A stretch of 64,000 nt of DNA from Octopus sinensis (lineage: Eukaryota). The position numbers and the translations under genes were made by a program. A model generated the notes under the pieces. That model was not told where the DNA came from. It was given only the letters and a program-made list of their open reading frames with translations, and made no database searches. The DNA is taken from positions 16,058,001 to 16,122,000 of the forward strand of contig NC_043013.1 of the NCBI RefSeq assembly GCF_006345805.1, in the 5' to 3' direction. Of the stretch, positions 53,863 through 64,000 are shown piece after piece (positions within the stretch are counted from its first letter, which is position 1; every line of letters begins with the position of its first letter).

Positions 53863-55416
53863 TCACAAACTCATAACCACACCTATATATAAATATATAT
53901 GTATATACACATATGTATTCTTACATGCATACATATATATATATATACTTACATACATAGAGCAGGCTTTGTAAAATGTAATTATCAGTGTGAGAAATAT
54001 ATAATGATATACATATGTATATATTATTCTATTTTAATATATATATATTCTTTTCTACTCGAAGCACAAGGCCTAGAATTTTTGGGGAGAGGGCCAGTTG
54101 ATTAGATCAACTCCAGTATGCAACTGGTACCAAATTTATCGACCTCGAAAGGATGAAAGGCAAAGCCAACCTTGGCAGAATTGAACTCAGGACATAAGAC
54201 AGACAAAATAATGCTATACATTTCACCTGGTGTGCTAACATTTTGGCCAGCTCACCGTCTTGTAAATATAAATATCACTCCATCCAGCTGTAGAAACATT
54301 GCCAGATAAGACTGGAGCCTGGTGCAGCCTTCTGGCTTCCCAGATCCCTGGTTGAACCATCCAACCCATGCTAGCATGGAGAACGAACGTTAAACGATGA
54401 TGATGATGATGATGATGATGATATATATATATGTATATGTGCCTGTGTGATTGTGATTGTCCCCATACCAGTTGACAATAGGGAGTCAGTTTGTTTGAAT
54501 CTTCAGAATATGATGTGCTTAACATAGTTTACTGTGTATAGATTTTATTGAACATGCTTTCCTAAACAAAACATCTGTTTGGTTGCATTTGGAGAAAAAA
54601 TACATAGAAAATGTACACACACACACACACATATATATATTATATATATATATATATGCACACTCACAAACTCATAACCCACCTATATATAAATATATAT
54701 GTATATACACATATGTATTCTTACATGCATACATATATATATATATACTTACATACATAGAGCAGGCTTTGTAAAATGTAATTATCAGTGTGAGAAATAT
54801 ATAATGATATACATATGTATATATTATTCTATTTTAATATATATATATTCTTTTCTACTCGAAGCACAAGGCCTAGAATTTTTGGGGAGAGGGCCAGTTG
54901 ATTAGATCAACTCCAGTATGCAACTGGTACCAAATTTATCGACCTCGAAAGGATGAAAGGCAAAGCCAACCTTGGCAGAATTTGAACTCAGGACATAAAG
55001 ACAGACAAAATAATGCTATACATTTCACCTGGTGTGCTAACATTTTGGCCAGCTCACCGTCTTGTAAATATAAATATCACTCCATCCAGCTGTAGAAACA
55101 TTGCCAGATAAGACTGGAGCCTGGTGCAGCCTTCTGGCTTCCCAGATCCCTGGTTGAACCATCCAACCCATGCTAGCATGGAGAACGAACGTTAAACGAT
55201 GATGATGATGATGATGATGATGATATATATATATGTATATGTGCCTGTGTGATTGTGATTGTCCCCATACCAGTTGACAATAGGGAGTCAGTTTGTTTGA
55301 ATCTTCAGAATATGATGTGCTTAACATAGTTTACTGTGTATAGATTTTATTGAACATGCTTTCCTAAACAAAACATCTGTTTGGTTGCATTTGGAGAAAA
55401 AATACATAGAAAATGT

Positions 55417-55445
<29 letters not shown>
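53857..55445. repeat. Near-identical ~800-bp tandem duplication
   Basis: 53857-54657 recurs at 54658-55445. The duplicated ORFs 53899/54699 and 54235/55037 have identical translations. Confidence 0.93.
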
Positions 55446-55458
<13 letters not shown>

Positions 55459-55779
55459 TGGTAAAAACGGTAAGATAACAAAAGAAAGAAAGAGACCTCA
55501 ATATTATGTAAATAGAGGAATTTATCTGTAAAAATAATATGTGACAATTACTCGGTAGCCAAGATAAAACTCTGAGTTTTGGATGCCGAGGTGGAAATCC
55601 ACACCACTATCTCTTCATGTGTGTATACACACATGCACACACACACATATACACACACATATATACACACTCACACACACACATACATATATACACACAC
55701 ACATATATACACACATATATACACACACATGCACACACATATACACACACACACGTATATATACATACATTTACATATA

Positions 55780-56210
55780 TCTTCTACTGGTTTCAGCCCA
55801 GGGCTGAGGTCACGCTGGAGCACCACCTGAAGTTCATCAGTGTTGCTTCCAGTATTGTTTTTGGTGAAGTATCGATGCAGACGGAGCTGCCCTTCTTTGC
55901 GTCTCCTGCCATGATGTGGGTTCATCTGGTATCTCAGATAGAAACCTGTCCAGACGTTCCTTGGAAACTTCCACAGCAACACCATGTAGATCTCTAAGGT
56001 TGCCTGGCAGGATGTTGAACAATTGTGGGCCTTTGAAACCCAGACTATTGCAGTACTGTGTCCTTATTTTAGATGGGGAAGACGGGATCTTTGGTATGAT
56101 GCAGTGCTGTCCAGTTTGAGGATTGGTATAGCTGTCAATTCTAAAATTGGGAGCTAAACCCTCCAAGATCTCCCAAATGTATATCACTGCATATCTCTCA
56201 GGCCTTCTCG
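55780..56210 (-). mobile_element. CR1/L2-group LINE 3' fragment
   Basis: RR.ERY..IYIWEILEGL.PN...GPQLFNILP..LRD......K..LDRFL..IPDEP is a typical ORF2 C-terminus. Confidence 0.8.
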
Positions 56211-57524
56211 CCACACACACACAGCCATACAGATAGTAAAATATGATATGGAAGGAGATTTGGCTGCTATTTCTAACCCCATTGAGATTCTGGATCTGAC
56301 TTGTAAAGGAGAATAGTGTTGTTGCTATTTAAGCTGAGAAGTCAGCTTTGATGAAACAATGACCACAGACAATCTAACCATGACCATTCGGTCATTTTTT
56401 AATATAATTTATTGTCGATTACATTACCAAAATGTCTTTTATTTTCTTTCAAATTGTGATTCTGGAATGAGTTTAACTTTTCAACTATTTTTAAAATTTT
56501 ATCTGAAGAACTTTTAGCCAAATGAATTGCCTCCAGTGCTCTTTTTAAGCTAGGTACTTATTCTATTAATCTCTTTTCGGCCAACCGCTAGATTATGGGG
56601 ATGTAAACAAACCAACATTGGTTGTCAAGAGGTAGTGCAGGATAAACACAAAGATACACACACACACATATATATATATAAAACGGGCTTCTTTCAGTTC
56701 TGTCAACCAAATTCATTTACAAGGCTTTGGTAGGCCCGAGGCTATAGTAGAAGACACTTGCCCAAGGTGCCACACAGTGAATCCAGAACCATGTGGTTGA
56801 GAAGCAAGCTTCTTACCACACAGCTGTGTCTGCCCCTTTGTGAAACTTTTTCGTTGTTCATCGATTTGTGTTATGATGGTGATGGTGGTAGTGGTGATTG
56901 TGGTGGTGGTGGTGGTCAGAAGAGAATTGAAGGTGAGTGCTTGCCATGAAGTTGTAGTAGCTGAGTGTGTGGAAGACAAATCTATCAGTGAAGGGCAACT
57001 ATGTTGGACAGAATGTCATCTGTGAAGGGCAACCATGTGGATTGACTCAAGGCTATACTAAAAGAAACCTTGCCCAAGATGCCCTGCTCTCAGATCAAAC
57101 TTGTGACCTCATGATGGTCACTCAAACCATCTAACCATTCTTCTCTCCTGCGGTCATCACATATTACTATGGTGGTCTAAACAACAACAAAAGTATATTC
57201 CAATATATAGATATTATTTGATTATTTCCCTTAGTAAGGAAGTTAGTTCTCCCATCTGTCACCAGATGGAAGTTGAGATCCATTATCTAACTCAGCTGGT
57301 ACATTATAGCTAAGTGTTTTTACATGTTAATTATTTAAACCACTATGCACACACACACACACACACACACACTGCATATAATACAACAGCTTGTCTCATA
57401 TGGAGAGCAGGTTGTTTTTTGGGAGTTTTTCTTTTCATGTTTTTGTTTCCAATTATAAAGTTTATTGATCTTTAGCATTGATCACCTTTTGTTTTCTAGA
57501 TAAATTCAAACCTCTTGTTTGCTT

Positions 57525-57570
<46 letters not shown>

Positions 57571-57959
57571 TCTCCTATATATCATCTTTGACTTCCATGC
57601 TGGCATTAACTGGAAGGTTTTACAGAATTCAACAAGCTGCTAGACTGCAACAACTCCAATGTCAGCTTTGGCATGGTCTCTACAGCTGAATGCCCATCCT
57701 AACATCAACCATTTTCCTGCATGCATTTGATGCCTCTTTTTTTTTCATGCCACCAGCACTAGTGAGAAATATTTCATTTCTAAATCTCTTGTGTCACATA
57801 ACCAACTGCAAACGATGTTTCCTGGGGTTAAACAGCAGTAGTATTCTTCCCTTTCCTGGGACTGCCACATTAAGTTGGCAACAAACCATCACTTTATCAT
57901 GCTGCTACCATATAAGTCTTTCAGACAATACAAAACCCTGGAAATATTGCACGTCTGTA

Positions 57960-58050
57960 ATGGGAGTTGGATACAATATACAGGTGGGCTGAGGACAACA
58001 ACATGCAGTTTAATGCAGGGAAGTTCCAAGCCCTGCACTACCAGCACACA
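57960..58050 (+). mobile_element. CR1/L2-group LINE RT fragment
   Basis: LDTIYRWAEDNNMQFNAGKFQALHY matches the RT C-terminal L..W...N.M.FN..K motif. Confidence 0.7.
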
Positions 58051-58084
58051 AAGCTGAATGACATGCAGACCGGATACAATCTGA

Positions 58085-58718
58085 GGACATGTACCGAGAG
58101 TGATAAAAATCAAACATCCAGTCAACATCATAGTGTTTGGAGTTATCACTATGATGGCAACGTTATGCCTCCATTCATCTTCCCATATGGCCTCAGACTC
58201 CCACGTGGCTTCAGACTTAACACGGATGCCTACATCAAATGCCTGGAGGAGGTAGTGCTGCCTTGGGTCAAGAGGGTGGATGCTGGAAGACCCTATATCT
58301 GGCATCAGGACTCTGTACCATGCCCCAGAAGCAGGAGAACCCGGTCATGGCTGTGAGACAATTTCTGCAACCACATCACCCCTAACACTGGCCACCTAAC
58401 CCCACCCCATCCCACCCTGACTGCAACCCCCTTGATTATTATGTGTGGGGCGCAGTTGAGCGAGAGACCAACAAAATTCCTTGTAACACCAAAGATGAAC
58501 TGAAGGCAAGATTATGGCAGCATTCACCAACTTAAACAAGGAGATGCTGAAGTCGTCTGGAGGCCGTGGTTGAAGCCAATGGAGATTTTATTGAATAAAT
58601 TTACTCTTTAGTATTTCAAGATATTTTTATGTAATTTTGGTAAATATGTCTGTTAAAATGAGACGTCAGTGTCATTTCCATTTTTATGTAATTTAGACAA
58701 TTTATTCACAGGACCCTG
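58085..58718 (+). mobile_element. Second DD37D (maT) mariner relic, 5'-truncated
   Basis: Homologous to 4376-5095: YIKCLEEVVLPW...YIWHQD...PDCNPLDYYVWG. Ends in the TIR ...CCCTG|TA. Confidence 0.85.
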
Positions 58719-61152
58719 TATGTGTATACATATGTGTGTGTGTGTGTGTGTGTGTCATGTCTTTTTTAAAGTCCTGTATGACTATATTATCCAGACTTGC
58801 CTTCCTTATTTAAGATGGTAGAGTGGGATTTGAGGGAGATTCAGCTGCTATTTCTAACAGACTCTCTTCAGCAATCACGTAAAGGCTAATTTATTTGCTT
58901 TGCTGTGTGTGTGTGTGTGTGTGTGTGTGACATTGTGTCCACGTGTGCTGAAGAACAGACTAAACCCCAAAAGAGTTGGAAAATAAACAACACAATAACA
59001 GTTCTAATCTAAACAGACAGACATTTCCTTATCAGCTGAGCTATTGTTTACGTGTTCATGTACGTTTATATTTACACTGATGAAAAAGAACCAATAAGAT
59101 AAACTAGGTTTTTTTTTATTTGTTTATGCCTTGTGACTTAGCAGTTCAACAGTACAAGACAGACAGGTTTGGGGCATCAATATATGATCCCCTATTAAGG
59201 CAGCGAGCTGGCAGAATTTAAGCATACAGGAGAAAATGCTTCGTCTGTCTTAGTGTATTCAGTTCAAATTCCGCCAAGGTCGATTTGCCTTTTATCCTTT
59301 CGGGGTCGATAAAATAAGTACAAGTTCAGCACTGGAGTCGATGTAATCAACTTGTCCCGTCCCCATATATTGCTGACCTTGTGCCAAAATTTGAAGCCGA
59401 TTAAGTACCAGACTGACCGAAGTTCTGGGCATCAATATATGATAGGCTAAATACATAAATAGAATAAAATAGCTTTGAAAGATATACTCCAGCATGACCA
59501 GAACTCAGTGAGTAAAACTGGTAAAAGAATATTGTTTTGGGTACTTATTTGCATAAAATCCTGGGATGGTAGGGAGTCGACAGTTTTCTTATTTTTTTTT
59601 TTTAAACTTCAGAAATTTAGAATTTATAAAAAAAAATATTTCCTAAAAATTGCTTTAATTTCATTTTTGAAAAATATTTTAAATGAGAAATAAATAGGAT
59701 AAGGAAGTTTATGGCTACGTATGTTATCGAAAATCTTTTACTTGTTTCAGTCATTAGACTGCGGCCATGCTGGTGCACCACATTGAAGAGTTTTCGTTGA
59801 ATGAATCACACAAACTACAACTTATTTTTTTAAAAGCTTCACATTTATTCTGTCGATGTCTCTTCATGCTGAACAGCCAAGAGGACATAAACAAACCAAC
59901 ACCTGCTCTCAAGTGGTAACAAGCACAAACACACACTTCCTACATACACACACGATAGCTTCCACCCAGATTCACTCACAAGGCATCGGTCAGCCTGGAG
60001 TTAGAGCTGTTGAAGACATTTGATCAACATGCCATACAGTGGGACTGAACCCGAAACCATGCGGTCGTTAAGTGAGCTTCTGAACCATAATGTTGAATTT
60101 TCAAAAAGCAAAATATATTTTCATTAAGATACTATACACTGGGGTTAAGTGTATCTTTTGGAAGGATCATCATGGCCAGGTTTACGAGTTACTGACGGAG
60201 TTTACGGTGAATAATTAAGTTAAAAAGAGTATAGCATTTCTGTAGAATATCAGACAGTCAGTTAACACCATCGCCTGGCCCTTCAAGGACCGTTCTTGGG
60301 TAGCTTTAGTATAGACCATTCTGTTGCCCCCAGGTTTAACACCGACACTCTTTTTCCTCGAAGATTTGTTTCGAAAGAGCTGGGTGGCCGAAGGGGGTGA
60401 ATTATCGACGCCACACCAGAATTTGAACTCATAATGTTAAATAGATGGAAGCAAATAAGATATTGTAACGAATTTTACCAAAATATTAAAAAAGGAAAAT
60501 CGGTTGAGTTTTGGAACAGATGCCCCGCACATCATTGGAAAAGAAAGGGGCTAGTTCTCTTCATGTACCACCATCTGAAGAATTTTTTTTTCCAAAAATA
60601 AATTTTTCTTAACTTTTGTTCGCCTCCTCTCCCTTCTTTAACCTTTTCCTTCCCCACATACCCGCTACACATCCAATCTATTTTGTGTGATCCGATAGAA
60701 AAGAGTCGGAAATTATATAATGAACCCCAAACTGTAATTCACCGAATGTGTAAACCTTCAATATCGTTGATTGTTATTCTAAAACTCAGAAAAGGTGGGG
60801 CTATGGGTTGCCCCACATTTTTTTCCCCGTATTTTTTTTTTCTTTTTTAGTTTTGAGCTTCTTTTGAAAATGCTTTTCAATGGTTTCAGTATCTGAAATT
60901 ATGATTCTTCGAAAATATACATAATTTTATTTTTTTTTTAATTTTCAGGAAAACCCTGTAACTGAAAAAAGAACTGAAAAGCAGCCTAACCTGTCGCTCC
61001 AAAGTGCAAAATCGTAGTGGACAATGCTTGAAACATACACCTCCAAAGAAAATATAGTTTCAGGTACTCTACATAATTTCGGACGCTATTGTATAGAAAC
61101 GCTTCGAAATTGAAACTCCTCCGGAGAAACTAGAAAATTTTCAGGAACTTAC

Positions 61153-61297
61153 CTCTTAATGTGTAGTAAGAAGGTTCATTAATGGATGTTACAGACATCA
61201 CAGAGGTAAGAGTGGTGAATAGACATAGTAAAGCCAGGGTTTGTAGAAACATTTGGATCCTAAAGCCTCCAAGGCACTGAATTCTGGTAAACATCAT
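61153..61297 (-). CDS. ACP7: Purple acid phosphatase (ACP7-like) exon 1: start and signal peptide
   Basis: Reads MMFTRIQCLGGFRIQMFLQTLALLCLFTTLTSVMSVTSINEPSYYTLR+G. Hydrophobic signal-like stretch LALLCLFTTL. Strong donor AG|GTAAGT. The phase-1 end joins exon 2 in frame (G+AA=Glu). Which Met initiates is uncertain. Confidence 0.75.
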
Positions 61298-62569
61298 TTT
61301 CACCCAACACAGACTTGTGCAAAGAAGTAGTTAAATTTCGGCCGATAATTAAGAATAACAAACACTGGGTAATGAGCGTAATTAGGACAAATATTTGCTT
61401 CCAAAATATATAAATATTGTGTGTGTTAATTAGTTTTTGTAAATTTTTTGATGTTTTAAAGTTAAGTTACGTGTAATAAATAGGCTTATCTTTATTTTTC
61501 TATGTAACTTCAATTATCTGTGTGTGTGTGTGTGTGTATGTGTGTGTGTATTGTGTGTGTATGTGTGTGTATTGTGTGTGTAGTGTGCGTGTTCTCTGTG
61601 ATTAATAGTGGCTTACAAACCACGTTTTAATAAGTTATTTTCCAACTAATTAAGCCTCGGTGTGCAAGATTAGTTATTTTTAAACTGATGTATTTATTAA
61701 TAAGTGTGTATATATACACTGACAGAAAGCCAAAAATTATTTTCTCTCCGCTTATACACATTGGCTACATTGCTTATATAATTCTATATACAAGTGTACA
61801 TGAGTGAATATGTATATTATTGTTTAGAAATGTATAGAATATATAAATATATAACAGTATAGATGCAATTAACTTAATCCGACTTTTTTTCTGTACAAGA
61901 TAATGTAAACTCGGAATTTCTCCCTCGTCCCTCTTCAGAAATAAGTAACAATTGGCGAGTATTCTCCGTGTGTAACTTCACAAATAAAAGTCTAAGGCGG
62001 GTTGCATTGTATTGTGGTGGGGCTTAAAACTCCAGTTGTACCTTTAACGGGTACAGCTGATAGCAAGAAGTTCACAGGGAAAGTGCTGTTTATGAGTTAC
62101 TCCAACAGATGTGAGTTTTCACTGAAGCCTACCGATTATTAGAAATCCGCTAACGAAGCAAGCTTCTTCCAACAAACTGATATAGATAGAGAGATAGATA
62201 TGGATATAAACATACACACTTCGAACTGACAGATACTTATATATGCGTGTGTGTGTGTGTGTACATATACACATCAATACTCCATTCATTCGTTTAAACT
62301 ATCAAATCATCTACACAACAACGATTATCTCTCCCTCTCTTTATCTCTTACGTCCCACTAACCCTCACGCCCGAGCTAGCTAGCTATCTACCTTGCTACT
62401 CTCTTTCATTCTATTGAAAACTATAAATTACTTTGAATAAAATGATTTTAAATATTGTGTGTGCAGCAGCTGTTCTCGCTTTCTCTTCTTTTGTTTTATT
62501 TATTCTGCTCTTGTTTACTTCGCCTTTCTTTTGGTTATACACCACCACACACTCACACACAGACACAGA

Positions 62570-62609
<40 letters not shown>

Positions 62610-62619
62610 ACACACACAC

Positions 62620-62650
<31 letters not shown>

Positions 62651-62936
62651 TATATAGTATGTATGTATGTATATATATACATATATATATATATATAATA
62701 TATATATTATATATATATATAACATAAGGGACTAAAAGCCATCTGAATATGGCTAGGGACAGGGCAGGGTGGTGGGGGTGTTACTGTTGCATTTAGCCCC
62801 GGCGAACATCAACGTCGCCAGATAGGCTTGACACCATCACGGTGTCCTTTAACCTTATATATATATATATAGAGGTATAATATATATATATATATATATA
62901 TAATGTTATATATATATTATATATATTATATATTAT

Positions 62937-63114
<178 letters not shown>

Positions 63115-63132
63115 TATACATACATACATATT

Positions 63133-63165
<33 letters not shown>

Positions 63166-63251
63166 CTATGTATGTATGTATGTATATATATTATATATAT
63201 ATATACATATACATACATACATATAATATATACATACATATATATATATAA

Positions 63252-63282
<31 letters not shown>

Positions 63283-63286
63283 GATA

Positions 63287-63339
<53 letters not shown>

Positions 63340-63590
63340 AGCATGGCCACAGAAGTAAAAGAGTAAGAGTATACGACGGGTTTATTTCATTCGTGCTACC
63401 AAATCCACTCACAAGGATTTGGTCGGCCTGAGATTATAGCTGAAGACACTGGCCAAGGTGCCACGTAGTAGAAATGAACTGGAACCATATATATATGAGC
63501 TGAAACTGGAAAAATCAAAATCATATATATATAACATTGTTTCTTTTTCCCCCCTCTTCAATCATAATTTTTTTTTTCTTTTCACCTTAC

Positions 63591-63631
63591 AATTCTTGAA
63601 AAGTCACATTGTGACGAAACCTGTTTGAATT
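63591..63631 (+). ncRNA. Minimal hammerhead motif with U3-A8 core variant
   Basis: AATTC-TTGAAAA-GTCAC-ATT-GTGAC-GAAA-CCTGTTT-GAATT. Stems I and II are perfect 5 bp. Confidence 0.6.
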
Positions 63632-64000
63632 AATATATATATATTTTGTTAATTTTCCATACACCCATTTTCATTAAAATTTACCTTCAATTTAGCATTC
63701 TGCCTTTTTATAATTTTTCCTTGCCTATCATTTCTCCACGTGCGGTCAACACAACCCCACCATTTATTGATATATATTATATATATATATATATAATATA
63801 TTATATATATATATATACGAGCAAAACGTCCTCGTCCAATGGACGGTGTTGAGTTGTCAGACATTTAAACCAAATTTTCGCAAAACAACTTGTCCGACCG
63901 TCCCATAGGCCTCCCCTTTGAGTAACACTGATTTAACCAAAATTTGAGACACCAGCAAAAGAAGAAATATAGATAGACTTTTTCTCGCGTACGCGTAGTA

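Noticed and set aside
57967-58356. 129-aa ORF as a novel RT-transposase fusion gene
   Set aside because: Chance juxtaposition of a short CR1-type RT fragment and a frameshifted maT relic.
61700-62200. Putative promoter (CCAAT on the minus strand at ~61760 and ~61951, GC-box-like GGCGGG at ~61996)
   Set aside because: Short motifs expected by chance, with no TSS evidence. An upstream non-coding exon cannot be excluded.

Overview
AT-rich, microsatellite-dense eukaryotic genomic DNA. The repeat landscape suggests a coleoid cephalopod, probably Octopus (inference). One protein-coding gene spans almost the whole window on the minus strand: a 9-exon purple acid phosphatase (ACP7/PAPL-like), CDS 61297->3460. 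Manually spliced it gives 1752 nt / 583 aa, with GT-AG introns and matching phases throughout. All five metallophosphoesterase ligand motifs are present, plus a signal peptide and an unexpected C-terminal T/P-rich stalk, transmembrane helix and cytosolic tail. The introns are packed with tRNA-derived SINEs, RTE/CR1/R4-Dong LINE fragments, DD37D (maT) mariner relics, Helitron-like, hAT-, Merlin- and piggyBac-like non-autonomous elements, a 23-bp minisatellite and local duplications. The most striking unannotated signal is about 10 hammerhead-ribozyme motifs, mostly in AT-rich repeats embedded in or beside (TA)n tracts. One is a fully canonical type I hammerhead (49807-49913) inside a ~492-nt, 1.3-mer, terminally redundant element, which looks like the genomic copy of a circular-RNA retrozyme. 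Several others are short Penelope-type hammerheads with variant cores (U3-A8, C4, U6). Most ORFs in the supplied track are microsatellite or repeat artefacts. Repeat boundaries are approximate, read by eye.
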